Positions 1-13,200 of a DNA stretch of 64,000 nucleotides are shown here, piece after piece. Location: NCBI GenBank assembly GCA_951406725.2, contig OX597826.1, positions 79,174,001-79,238,000 of the forward strand. The letters are read 5' to 3'. The DNA comes from Octopus vulgaris. Lineage: Eukaryota. The translations under genes were made by a program, and so were the position numbers. Numbering within the stretch: the first letter of the stretch is position 1; each line of letters starts with the position of its first letter. Below the pieces are notes generated by a model. That model saw only the letters and a list, made by a program, of their open reading frames with translations, was not told where the DNA came from and searched no databases.

Positions 1-329
1 TAGGCTTTTCTTTCCACAGATAAACCTAATCTTGCTTTTTACATTTTCAAAATTTCTTCTGTGATACACAATCCCCTTTGATTGCCTTTTTTTTTTCCCC
101 GATCCCTTTTGATCGGAATTTTACTTCTTTTTCTCTTTTTTTTTCCTTTTTCTTTTCCACCCTCGAAAAGAAAAGCTCTACATTTGTATTTGTCCCCTCT
201 GTGTTCAGCCCTGTGTGGCCAATAAAGAAAGTTATCTATCTATCTCCCTCTCTCCCTCCCTCCTCCTTGATTGTTGGTCTGACCCTGGGGAATGAATTCT
301 CAATGCAAAATACCACATTTCCAGGGGAG

Positions 330-713
330 ACACATCTAGCAGGTCTTCCAGGGATGCTCTTCTGCTTTTGAAGTGCCTGTGCCATTTCAAAAATTGTGTA
401 TGAACCATTACCTCTTCACCGTAAGCTCATCGAAGCATGCTCAATCTTTCTTTCATAGACTTTCCAAGTTTAACACAAAATTTCTCATTGCCGCTTTGTT
501 TCCTGTCCATGACAAAATCGCAGACTACAGCATACACGTGATCACGAAAACAAAACAAACATATTTCACAACTTGTGAAGTAAACACAGCAAAGTCACTC
601 AGCACACTGCTTCATGTAGGTCACTGCTAGCTCTCACTGTGTAAGCAACTGTGTGCTGCCATTTGTTGGCATGCTACAGAACTAGCCCAGGAAGTTTTTG
701 ATAGCATTTCGTA
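330..713 (-). mobile_element. mariner 5' fragment (TIR plus degraded HTH-coding region)
   Basis: Minus strand starts TACGAAATGCTATCAAAAACTTCCTGG (mariner-type TIR) and encodes KFCVKLGKS..LSMLR*AYGEE. Confidence 0.75.
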
Positions 714-1593
714 TGCACAGCTATTCATGAAACAGCTGTAAAGAGACTCCTTTATTTCTATGATACCCTTTACTCCAACAACTCCATTGTAACAACTCTA
801 CAATTATGTTTGAATAATGAACTCCATGCTCTAAAGTGATACCACATGTTTTCCCTGTTCATTCTTTCTTTCTAATATATATTTTCCTCCCACTCAAAGA
901 TGAACCACTTATAGCCATTTGTTGCTAGGCAGCTACAACACCACGTTTCGGTTTAGTTGCAGTTCAAGTCAGAGTGTTAAGTGGTAAACCAAACCCGAGC
1001 ACTTATTGTATATACCTATTACATTACGTCATTAATGCAATTTTATCTGCACTTATACCTATGTATACATACACATATGCGCACACACACACACACACAC
1101 GCGCACGCACAAAACCACACGCACTATTCTACTAAATTTGCTTCAGTACTATTTCTGAAGAATCTGAAAAATGAAACTGTCAGTAAAATAGTTTTCTTGA
1201 ATTTGTTCAGCTTTTTTACTCTCTTTCCAGTATTGAGTACTTCGTAATCATTGATGTTTGTACATCTGTGCAATTACTTAGATTTAATAATATATTTTGT
1301 ATTTTTATTACATAAACGTGTGTGTGTGTATGTGTGTGTGTGTGTGTGATAAAAAGAAAAGCCTAATGAAGAAGATTAAATCCACTCTTTTGAAAAAGAA
1401 ATGTTTGTTAAAAGTTGGCACCTAAACCTCTCTGGTGTCTTATTTCTTCGGTTCCAATCAGATTCCACTGATAATGGTAATTGTTTTTTGGTACGACCTG
1501 GTGGCAGGGGTCAGCTGAAATCTTGCCCCACCCTAGAGAGTACTTCTCATTCTAACCAGCCAGCCTCCTCCTTTACCACACTCATCATGTCTT

Positions 1594-1919
1594 GTGAGTG
1601 TGTGTATGTGTGTGTGTGTATACACATACCTATATACATGCATATATACACACACACACACATATATATATACATACATACACACACACATGTATATATA
1701 CATACACACACATGTATATATACATACACACACACATATATATACACACATATATATATGCATACACACATATATATATATACACACACACTTTTATATA
1801 TATATATATACACTATTATATATATATGTATATATATTTTATATATATATACACATATATCTACACATACATACACACACATTTATATATATATGTATAT
1901 ACACACACACATAAATAAA

Positions 1920-1965
<46 letters not shown>
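1594..1965. repeat. Compound (TG)/(TA)/(CA) microsatellite
   Basis: Direct inspection. Confidence 0.95.
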
Positions 1966-1966
<1 letters not shown>

Positions 1967-2209
1967 GTGGTGCATACATACATGTATTCCTCCACATACT
2001 TGCACACACAAACATACAATATTCTTGTGCGTGAGTGAGAGAGAGAGAGAGAAAGAGAGAGAAGGGTGTGTACGTGACTTTGATTCCAAAGAGGGTTTTC
2101 TTAGCCAGAATTAATGCGAAGTGTTAGTCAGCCTAGATTGCACTCCATCACAACTGGGTGGTTATCAGACCCTGTGCATGTTGAGTCAGAAGGAAAAGTC
2201 TCCTTCCTT

Positions 2210-2244
<35 letters not shown>

Positions 2245-2394
2245 ACACACATACATACATGACCTCCACATATGCATGTTGTCTCACATACACATGCACC
2301 AACACATTCAGGTATCGCATACACACACACACATATACACACACATTTTTGTGATAATCTGGAAGTTTGTTTCTTTGACAGCAACAGTTGCTAT

Positions 2395-2730
2395 GGTGAT
2401 GATGACGATGATGATGATGGTCATGGTAGCAATGTGGTAGAGGTTGCAGTAAAAGTGGTCATGGTCCTTGTAATTACTGCAGTAGTAGTAGTGGTTGTAG
2501 TGATAGTAGTAGTAGTAGTGGTGGTGGTGGTGGTAGTTGAAGTAGTAGTGGTGGTGGTAGTTGTAGTAGTGGTGGTGGCGGTGGTAGTTGAAGTAGTAGT
2601 GGTGGCGGTGGTGATGGTGGTGGTAGATGATGTAGTGGTGGTGGTGGTGGTGGTAGATGATGTAGTAGTATTGGTGGTAGTAGTAGTGGTGATGATGATA
2701 GTTTTTGTAGTAGTAATGGTGGTGGTGGTG
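2395..2730. repeat. Compound (GTA)/(GTG)/(GAT) trinucleotide microsatellite
   Basis: Direct inspection. Confidence 0.95.
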
Positions 2731-3404
2731 TTCCTTGTATGTCCTCACTCTCAATCTTATCCCCTATTTTCTTATCCTAAACGTTTTCTATATTTTCAGC
2801 AAAAAAAAAAAAATAAATACAAAAATAAATGAAAGCAGAAAAAAACAAAAAAGCAGTGAGATAAAATGTAGAAGGAGATGTGTGGAGATAGGGCCTGGGG
2901 TAGACAGAAATAAACCTGTCTTCTGGTAGGAATCTTTGTGAATGAGTCATTCATAGAACGGTGTATTGGTGGTACTGTAGATTAAAATCTAAGGAAACCT
3001 TTAAACTGCAGCATTTATTTTTTGCTTTAGTTAGGGAGGAGCCCTTAACTGATGGAACCCCTGGTCATAAATGAAAGTTACTTCGTTTATTTTCCTCTTG
3101 TATTTTACACACACACACACCAGGCATATCTTGGTCATTTTTGGACTTCTACTGGATCGAGTCACATCTGTTAGTTTTAGGCCTTCCTACCTGTTCATCC
3201 TAGCCAAGTGCAGGTTTCATGAGGTGCTTCTTGTACACAGAGGATTAGCCCTGGCTGTGAACACCTAGGCATAATCTGAGCCTAGAACAACACAATCCTT
3301 GTGGGTTCCATAAAATAAAATAGCTGCCAAGTACTAAGGTCAGCATAATTCACCCACATCTCTTCCTCTCCCAGTTTTTTGACAATTGTATGTGAGAAAT
3401 GAAT

Positions 3405-4290
3405 GATTATTACCTCCGCCTTAGCGAAGGCAGAGGTATTGTTTTCAGTTGTGTTTGTTTGTTTGTCCCTTAGACAAGATATCTCAAAAACTGCTGGATG
3501 GATTCGGATGAAACTTTCAGGGATGTTTGGCCTTGTGACTGGCACAAACTGATTAGATTTTGGGATCGATCTGGTTCCAGACAAGGATTCTGGATTATTT
3601 GTTATATTTACTTTACTTTACATGATTACGATCTTAAGTTGACTTTCAAGTCTTTCTCAATTATCTCCCCTTAGGCTGTTTCCAAAGTTTTATTTTTGTT
3701 TCTCTATTATTAATTTTACTCGCGTCTCTATCTTAGTAGAAACTGATGGATAAAGAAATCAAACTACATAAACAAATGGCAACAAAACCATTCAGAAATT
3801 AAATAACACTAACATATTTTTATAATATATATATATTACATATTATACATACATATTAACACTTTACAGTATAATTACATATATACATACATCTATACAT
3901 CAATCTTTAAAATAACAGGGATACTAAAGGAAGGCCGGAATTTAAGAGAAGAGAAAAGCAAAAGGTCTCATGCTATTCATTTCAAAATTCCTGAATAGAA
4001 CTCATTATTATTACCTCCACCTTTGAAACTATTTTGAATGGGGAATTTGTTAAGTTTGACTTGTATTAGATAAGGATAAATTATTTATTACTATTCCTAA
4101 ATTTTCTACAGCCATCTTCACATTCCATGACTACCATTGAATTCTATCAGGTGCCAGACAAAGATTCTGGATTATTTTTCCAGTTTTTTTACTTAATTTT
4201 TGAGAGTGGTCAGGTTAATTTTTAGTATTCTCATTTGTGAGAGCATTCGAGTTTATTTCAGATATTATCGTTTTAAAAATCATCTCTAGT
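3405..4290 (+). mobile_element. Helentron/DINE-like non-autonomous element, split by an insert at about 3601-4150
   Basis: Starts ATTACCTCCGCC..GGCAGAGGT hairpin, (GTTT)n, then ATATCTCAAAAACTGCTGGATGGATT..ATGAAACTT; the block ccagacaa.gattctggattattt recurs on both sides of the insert. Confidence 0.6.
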
Positions 4291-4299
4291 TGTTGTTAT

Positions 4300-4822
4300 T
4301 GCCCCACTGGCCTCCTTTAACCGAGAGGGGAAAGCAATTTTCATTTGTCTGGTGGTTGTAGCGAAAGAAGTAGTATGGTGGACCCATTTGAAAGGGCTAA
4401 AGTCAGACACTTTCCTCTTTGGCCAAGGCCTCATCAACTTTTTCAAGTTCTACTTGAAAAGGAAAGTGGGAGTAGAGAAGATAGTGTTGTCTTCTAGAGA
4501 ATTTGTTAAAAAGTGGGTGAATGTCGGGAAAATGGCCAGTATGGATGGACCAATTCTGAGATTACACCTGTAAATAAAAAGGTATAAAAGGAGAAAGGGC
4601 TCTTGCCCTGTTGACCAGGCACCTGTGGCTTTTATGGGTTTTTCCATGAGTAACCTTTAAAGCACCCCCCCCTATTGGGAGTTTTACTTGTTACATTGTG
4701 TTTTTATTAGGAAATGTTTACATGGACCTTTTTTTTTTTTTTTGCAAAACCCTTTGTATATCATCTTGTGTTGTCCTTTAATGTTTTGATTTATATTAGC
4801 CCTTGTGGCCAATAAAAAGAAT
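4300..4822 (+). mobile_element. 3' end of a non-LTR retrotransposon (possibly Tx1/L1-like)
   Basis: ORF end AKEVVWW..LINFFKFYLKRKV..FVKKWV, then a UTR ending gcccttgtggccaataaaaagaa; similar tails near 195-232, 63200-63250 and 63420-63478. Confidence 0.45.
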
Positions 4823-4842
4823 TAATTGTTATCATTATTATT

Positions 4843-5060
4843 AAGGCTGTGAGCTGGCAGAAACATTAGCATGATGGACAAAGTGCTTAACAATATTTTG
4901 CCCATTGCTACAATCCGAGTTCAAATTCCGCTGAGGTCAACTTTGCTTTTCATCCTTTCAGGGTTGATAAATTAAGTACCAGTTGCATACTGGGGTAAAT
5001 CAAATCTACTGACCCCCGCCCCCCAAAATTTCAGGCCTTGTGCCTTTAGTAGAAAGGATT
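4843..5060 (+). mobile_element. tRNA-derived SINE, family B
   Basis: GAGCTGGCAGAA head, GAGTTCAAATTCC B box, GCTTTTCATCCTTTCAGGGTTGATAAATTAAGTACCAG central block; many copies in the window. Confidence 0.8.
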
Positions 5061-5217
5061 ATTATTGTTCTTAGTCTTCAGTCAGATCTGAATGGTCTTG
5101 TCTTTGGCAAAAAAAATAATCAATTGTTTGTGGAGAGATCAATCGCCAAATAACACGATTTTGCTGTTGTTGCAGTCACTGTTCAATCCCAATCGATCCT
5201 AATCAAAGATACCTATT

Positions 5218-5352
5218 TCGTTACTGCCCACAAGGGGCTAAACACAGAGAGGACAAACAAGGATAGACAAACGGATTAAGTTGATTATGTCGACCTCAGG
5301 GCATAACTGGTACTTATTTAAATCGACCCTGAAAGGATGAAAGGCAAAGTCA
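5218..5352 (-). mobile_element. SINE family B, 3' half
   Basis: Reverse complement of the family B central block and tail. Confidence 0.75.
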
Positions 5353-6226
5353 AAGATACCACTATTGGAAGGCAATCCAGCCATAACCAACCCATAATGT
5401 TTTTCAGGCATAGTGTACCTTCAAGAACTTTATGTCTCCCCCCCCCCCACCTCCCAGACAGTCGGCTTTGTTTTGAGGAGATTTGGTTGCCATTCTCAAA
5501 GGTCAAACAATTCACACAAAAAGACGAGCCTTGCTATATTAATAACTTGGCTGCATCACACCACAACCTGTTATGTTACACTCTTCCCAGCTTATTTATC
5601 AAACCGTGTGGTTCTGTTGGCTCACAGATTTATCATTTTGCTTTTAATCTTACTGTCCAACTTAATTTAGCAGATATCTTTGATGTTGTTGTTGTTGCTC
5701 TTGTTGTAGCATCTCTTCTTTTCTGCATTGGCTTTGTTCACCTGAGTCTTCAATTCCATCTCTGTATTCCATGCACAATGAACCATTTATCTATTGTGCA
5801 CTGGCCCTCTCCGACTGCCTGCCTCTCTGTCTGTGACTTTGTCACCTACGCCACTGCATCACACTTCTTTTCCGTCATGTTGTGAAGCAAGAATTAGCCA
5901 CAGCTCCAGGCTTGGCTTTATGGCTTATTTATAGGTACAAAGGTGTGGCTGTGTGGATAAGAAGCTTGTTTTCCAATCGTATGACCTTGGGTTCAAACCC
6001 ACTGTAGGATACAATGCTCAAATGGTGTTTTTTTTTTATGTGCCACCTGCACAGGAGCCAAGTCCAGCGGCACTGGCAACGACCTCAAAGACAATAAATT
6101 TCCAGTAATTTAATTTTTAGTAATTAAAAGAAATCAGAAGCACTTTTCTAAGCAAAAAAAGTACAAAGCACATCTGAGAAGCAATTATATTGTGTACTCA
6201 AATCTTCAAAAACTAACTTATTATTA

Positions 6227-6270
<44 letters not shown>

Positions 6271-6421
6271 AGGTCAGATTTACCTGTCATCCTTTTGGGT
6301 CAGTGAAGTAAGTAGTGGGGTCAATGTAATTGACTAGGCCCTTTCTCCAGAATTTCAGGCTTTGTGCTTATAGTGGAAAGGATTATTGTTATCGTTATTT
6401 CTCCTTTACCATTTTGTTTAG

Positions 6422-6589
6422 CGGCTCCTTGAGAACACACCTAAAGACCATCCTGACTCACCGTTACTCATGCAAGCGGAGAAAGTGATGCATGAAATAG
6501 CTTTGAAGATTGGTTCCATCAACGACAGCCAACAGGAAGAAGGCCAGCATGAAACCCTTCGGAAATTAGAGATGCTGCTTATCACAGAT
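6422..6589 (+). CDS. ARHGEF17: ARHGEF17-like exon (end of DH domain: RLLENTPKDHPDSPLL...LLITD)
   Basis: ttgtttag acceptor, gtaagt donor at 6590, phase 0/0. Confidence 0.9.
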
Positions 6590-8171
6590 GTAAGTATCAG
6601 CTTTGTTTGTGTCCCTTACTTTTGGTTCCAGTCCCTAGGCATCACATTACTTTGGTAGTTGCAGGCTCTTTGAAGAAAACCTCAACTTCAGCTCTCTGAT
6701 ATTAACATAAGTCACATTAACATGATCTGAATGTTCCACCCTTTCTCTCTAAGGAAACCTTCTAGTGTCTGTCATAATCAAGGGCAACTGTGGCCCACAG
6801 TGCTTTCCGAATGGTTAGGCCTAATGAAAAATTAACTTAAAATTTTGTGGTAATGTGACTCACCTGATGATGAGCTAGGTCTCATGCACTCCACTTCTTG
6901 AGAAAGGTTACCTATGCGGGTCCAAGACCTGTTTGCATAGCTCAGAAAGTGGCAACAGTTTTATTGCTTTAACACTTTAAATGGAAGGAAAGGCTGCATA
7001 AATGTTTGTGCCAAATGAACAAAAGACACAAAAAATATCTCGGTTTCTTTTGGGGAATTTTCAGACTTATTTTCATTTTAAATAAATACAAAAACCAAAA
7101 TACTTATTTCTCTCTCACACAATAAAATTTAGCTTCATTATTGAAAAATGTTGCGTAATATTCACTTTCCTTTGGTGATGGTCATATGCATGTAAAAGTT
7201 TTGAAATATTAATTGATGATGTCTGCTGCTTAAGGATTAAGGAGAAATTTGGTAACCATAGTGAATATTTGAATAATTTAAAGTGTGTGTCTAGAATCTA
7301 GTGATTTGCAACCAAAGAGAATATTGGGGCATATTGTGGTGATTGTCAAATGTTGAGGATAAGTAAAGTAACAAGACTTTACTGGCTAGAAGCATGAGAA
7401 CAGAGCACAATAGCTATTACAGGGGACCAATATAGGGCCCCTCTTTTAAATCCACATTAATAGTAATCCAGACTTGGTAGAGCATCTATAATAATGTCTT
7501 GTGTTATTTAGCTAGGTACCTTTACTTCTTTTATTGACCCTAGGAAGAGGGTCAGTGAAATTAAGCACCAGTCATGTACAAATCCATAATTACCAGTGGA
7601 CTAATCCACCAATATGTACTACCCTCCAATATGTACCAACCACCCACGGTGTATCAATCCTCCAGTACTGTTGTCATTGTTTTAGTTTCTCTTGTTCTTA
7701 TTGGAACATCAGACAACAAAACTCTGCCCTGGTGATATTTGTTCATCCATTGTTCCAGCTTACTCCCATCCCCCCCTTCATTCCTTTACCAAATCTGTGT
7801 CTAATTCCAGTTATTATTCAACCACAGAATTTGTCTCTCTGTATTTCTTCTCTCCACCATAACACAGTCTGGCCCCTACACCTTCAGTGCTGCACTCATC
7901 AGAGCCTCCTCTTCTCATCTCTTATTTTGTTTTATTTTTGTTTGTAGTTAGCGGCACCTGACCGAACTTACCTGCGCCACGATATGGTACAGATAATGGT
8001 AAGTTCATGCTTTTTTTTACTTCTGTTCCATTGATTTTTTTTTTCCAAAAATCATTTTTGACAGATGATTTATCACTCCTTGTTTCAAAGTAAACCCAAA
8101 ATAAATCTGTCACAGAATCATTTGTATTCATGCACACACACACACACATACACACACACACCAAGAAGCTT

Positions 8172-8202
<31 letters not shown>

Positions 8203-10236
8203 ACTTGTGTAAGTGTGTTTGTATGTGTGAGTTCTTCAATTCTTTGCATGAGTATATCTTCATACCGTGTGTATGTGTGTGTTAGGAGATATAGGCATGG
8301 TTTGTTTGTGGTATATATATATAATGTATTGGTGTGTGATGTCCGTATTTGGTGGTAAGTACATATGTATGATGTTTGCATGTTCAAGAGGTGTGTGTTT
8401 ATGTGTGTATAGTTGATTAAGTTGTGTGTGTGTGTTTGTTTTATATTCATCAAATGTCACAGTGATCAATGAGGTAGATTCTGTGTGTTTACTCAGTCTG
8501 CTAGAAACAACAGCCAAATCTCTCTCATACTCTACTGTCTTGAATAAAAAAGGATGGACATAATGGAAGCTGTAGTGTGTGATTAATTACATCTGCGATG
8601 GTTTTCATCATAGATCTCCTTAATCAACGTCAGCAACAACAACACCAACCATGCTTACCAGTGATTAAAGAGATTTTATACACAGGTCAGTTGTTGTTAC
8701 ATTATGCTGTGTGAGGATACTTCACCAGCTCTTATACATCCGACACAGGTAAAAGATAAGATTTTGATGCACCTGTCCTTGCTGGACAAACTGCAGCATC
8801 ATAGGCTGCTGACCATCGTTGCTTCTAGTGTCCAGTGATGAATCTAGAGCAGTATTTTGGCAACCTGTGGCTTGCAGGCCTTTCTAAATGGCATGCCCAA
8901 CGAAAAGGTACCTTGAATTTTTTTAGCAGTGCAACCCACCTGGTGGTCCCCTTTTTGTAAATGGTGTCCTATGCTCAATCTAGAATATCGTGAAGTCCAG
9001 TCTGAAGAAAATTTATTCACATAGGCACAAGGGTGACTGTGTGGTAAGTATCTTGATTACCAACCACATGGTTTCAGGTTCAGTCCCACTGTGTGGCACC
9101 TTGGGCAAATATCTTCTACTATAGCCTTGGCCCGACCAAAGCCTTGTGAGTGGATTTGGTAGACGGAAACTGAAAGAAGCCTGTCGTATATATGTATATG
9201 TTTGTGTGTCTGTGTTTATCCCCACAACATCGCTTCACAACCGATGCTAGTGTGTTTACATCCCTGTCACTTAGCGGTTCGGCAAGAGAGACCGATAAAA
9301 TAAATACTAGGCTTACAAAGAATAAGTCCTGGGGTCGATTTGCTTGACTGAAGGTGGTGCTCCAGCATGGCTGCAGTCAAATGACTGAAACAAATAAAAG
9401 AATCAGTTAGTGCACCCCCTTGCACTTTTGCATAATGGACAGCAGTTCTTTGGTGTTCAGAACCCGTTGCACTGTCCTTATATATTCTCCCAGTCTCTGT
9501 TGATAGTCTTCAGGATTTCCTGAAAGTGTTGGTACCATGTGGACACTTAGTCTTCCCCATCGGCTTCGTCCCGTGTGTGAGTGTGTGTCAGGGGTGTCCA
9601 TCTTGATGCTGTTTCTGCAAAGTTGATGATCTGACCGAAGTAGTCTGTGACCAACCAGCCAGTTGCATTCTTCCTTTGTTTTATTCTTGTTGTCATTGTT
9701 GTTGTCTGTTGTTGCAGAGCAAGAAAGACCAGTGCTGTATATGGATGTTTAGTGATCTGATCATAATCAGCAGCACCAAGAGGAAGAACGGACCTGTGAC
9801 CAAGAAAGTCTCCATCATTCTGTAAGTCTTTGTTTACTCTTGATACTGGTCATCGTCTTCGTTACTAGGACCACCACTGTCATCACTCATCATGACCACC
9901 ACTCCTCAGCACTCTTCATAACCACCACTTCTGCCTCCTTCTCCATCACCAACATCACCATTATCGTAACCAATACCACCTTTAATGTCTCCACTCCTAT
10001 TAGCAAAACTGTTATCATCATCATCATCATCATCAACAACTGTGGAATCTGGGTGTGTGTGTGAGATGCCATATCTGCAATTTCTCTCTCTCGCTCTGTG
10101 TGTGTGTGTGTATGTGTATGTATATTTATATATGTGGGCATGAATATATATGTATGTATATATGTAAGTGTATATATGTATGTATATATATGTATGTCTA
10201 TGTATATATATGTATGTGTATATGTATGTGTGTGTG

Positions 10237-10267
<31 letters not shown>

Positions 10268-13200
10268 ATGTCATCATCATCATCGTTTAATGTCTATTTT
10301 CCATGCTGACACGGGTTGGATGGTTCGACCGGGGTCTGGGAAGCCAGGAGGCTGCACCAGGCAGTGTTTCTACAGCTGGATGCCCTTCCTAACGCCAACC
10401 ACTCCAAGAGTGTAGTGGGTGCTTTTTTACGTGCAGTGGCCAGAGGGAGCTGGCATCGACCACAATCAGCTATGTAATTGTATATATGTATGTATGTATG
10501 TGTGTGTGTATATATATATATATATGTATATATACACATACATACATACAGGTGCAGGCATGGCTTTGTTGTTAAGAAGTTTGCTTCCCAACCATGGGGT
10601 CTTACATTCAGTTCCATAGCATGGCACCACTTCTGCTAGCCCCAGGCTGACCAAAGCCTTTTAAGTGAATTTGGTAGATGGAAACGATATGTATATATGT
10701 ATGTGTGTGTGTGTGTGCTATCTGCAAAAAAACATGTCTGGCCTTGGAGGAATATGACTTAGTGTGGAGACAGGTGAGGGTTGGCACAGGAATGGCATTA
10801 AAAAAAAAATCTGTCTCTACAAAAACAATGTTAATTTCTCTATCTTCGATGAATGATGTTTTCATTATTGATTTTCATTATTATATTTAATTGAAGATAC
10901 CTTTTATAGTGTTTTTTCCAATTTTGTTAATTTTTTTTTGTGTTGTTCATTATTAATTTTGCAGACAATCACCAACAGGTCAAGATTTTGCTGAGAATAT
11001 AAAACACAAGATTTGCTTAAGAGTTGGACTTGATGATATTGAGGTTTTGAAAGGTGAGGGAGAGCATTTCCTTTTGGTAACCCTTTTGGTAATCATTGGC
11101 GCTTATTACTGAAATACTTTAAAGTGGTCAATCCTGGACACTAGACATTTGGTATTATGCCATTCATTAAATAGACTCGTTTTATTCTACAAGCTTTGGA
11201 AGAGGCAACAGAGAAAATACTAAATTCTCATGCTCTCTACCCTTATGTGTCCTTATGTTTTCAAAGCGGGGAGACAAGCACCTTCACCCAGCAAAGCCAG
11301 CACCCAGAGACTAGTTTCAGAGTCATTGCTCATCATCAGTCTGGAGTAGCATGGTTTGCTAGCTGTTGATGCCTATCCGCCTTTGAAAACAGATCTCAAA
11401 TGAAATACATTCACTGATTTTTGAAAATAGAAAAATATATTTCTAAATCTCTCAGAGGTGCTTTTCTCCACTTTGAAAACATAAGGACACAGGAAATGTG
11501 TCAAGTCCAACAGGAAACGGTGTTTCCCAGGGCTAAATAACAGTAGCATTCTTCCCTTTCATGGGACTCTCACATTAAGTTGACTACATACCGTCACTTT
11601 ATCGTGCTGCTACTGCATAAATCTCTCTGAGAGATTTAGAAATATGTTATTTCTGTTTTCAAAAGTGGGATAAGTTAGAGTTGAATTTAGAATTTGCAGA
11701 GACTGCTGTGGTGTAGGTTATTTGTTGTTGTGTAGAAGAGAAGAGATCTAAAGTTTTGGAGAAGTCCAAATTCTATCACCAGCACTGTACTTTGTCTCTG
11801 ACAAAGACACTTTAAACATTTTTTTCATTCTTTGATTCAATATACCTTCTTTTAAGTGGGAACTACAGGTGAGTTACATCTCGTCATTGTTAACAGGTAG
11901 GATTGGTAATGGCTTTATTAAGTTTCATTTGTTGGTCCAGATTCTCCTCTGAGGAAACTGCATACAATAAAAGGATGTTTCTCATGTCTTCTCTTGGGAT
12001 TATGACGACAACAATTAATCCATTTATGTTAATCCTTGTAATACCAATCTGTATTAGACCAACTTTACTTCTATAATACAATCTTCCCATTTTTAAGTAA
12101 ACTAAAGTAAAACCTTCCATCAAGATTTCATATCAGTTCATGGACAAAGTCATTTTATTTAAATTCTTAATTACTTGCAAAATTAATTGAAATGAAATCA
12201 AGGTATTTCAAAAGAAATATAGTAATGAAAGGGTTGAAGGGCAGCGAACTGGCAAAATGCTTCGCAGCATTTCATCCATTCTGGATTCAAATTCTGCAAA
12301 GGTTGACTTTGCCTTTTGCCCTTTCAGGGTTGATAGAATAAGTACCAGTAAATGACTGGTACCAAGTTGTTGTTGCCTGTTTTTTTTCCTTGGATATCAT
12401 CAGTGATGTGGGAAGAGGAGACTTGCATGCACAACCAACGCTTCTAGAAAAAAAAAAATGAAATATTTGCAAGATCCTCTTCCTTGGAACAGATTCAGAA
12501 ACCAACAATCAGCCATATCTGAAAGATATCTTATATTTATGAATAATGTTTTTTTCTTTTAATGTTTGCCTGAAGAAAAATGGTTTGCAGTGGAAAACAG
12601 TTGTGTATACAGGAAGTTTTCTCAAGACGAATACTGCAGTTTTGTGGCTTTCTTCAGTATATCCCTGTTAAATAATATATAAAGAATGCTATTCCAAACT
12701 AATACTGCTTCCATCTCTAATAATGAATTTTTACTCAGCCTACCAACTATCTGTGACACCAGTGATTTGTTAATCAGTTTTTCTATATAAATAGATGTGG
12801 TAGGAGTAAATTTGTCTGAGCATGCAGTTGTTAGTGAATACTTATTATTGATGATGTGCAAAGACACAGAAATCCAGTTTTATCAATTCCTTCACCACTG
12901 CTTGTCACTTTTCATCTACTACTGATACACTTCTGTGCTTTTTAGCACTACATGTCCATATGAGATGCTTGCTTGCGGCGAATACTGCAGTTCTGTGGCT
13001 TTCAATGATAGTATGTCCACATTAAGTAGGATATCATGTGATTGACCAGACTCTCAGATATCCAACTTTTCCCCTGATTGGAAGGATATTTCGGTGCAGG
13101 GTGACCCCTTTACAGCTAAGTGGACTGGAGCAAAATGAAATGAAGTGTAGTTCCATCCAGGAATTGAACCCACAATTGCTAGATTGTGAGTGCTACACCC

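Noticed and set aside
1462-1476. Possible 15-nt microexon (ttccaatcag|ATTCCACTGATAATG|gtaatt)
   Set aside because: It would insert IPLIM into the DH-domain helix region; no supporting evidence, and such sites occur by chance.
1401-2832. Long ORFs rich in Y/I/H/T or poly-V/poly-H
   Set aside because: Translations of di- and trinucleotide microsatellites; no splice-compatible coding signal. The same applies to 13888-14286, 37452-37661, 38428-38863 and 43186-43438.
6860-6895. CTGATGA followed by a TGAG..CTCA hairpin
   Set aside because: No GAAA or stem I/III follows, so it is not a complete hammerhead.
12629-13003. About 24-bp direct repeat GAATACTGCAGTT(T/C)TGTGGCTTTC, 350 bp apart
   Set aside because: No element structure recognised between the copies; too little evidence to interpret.
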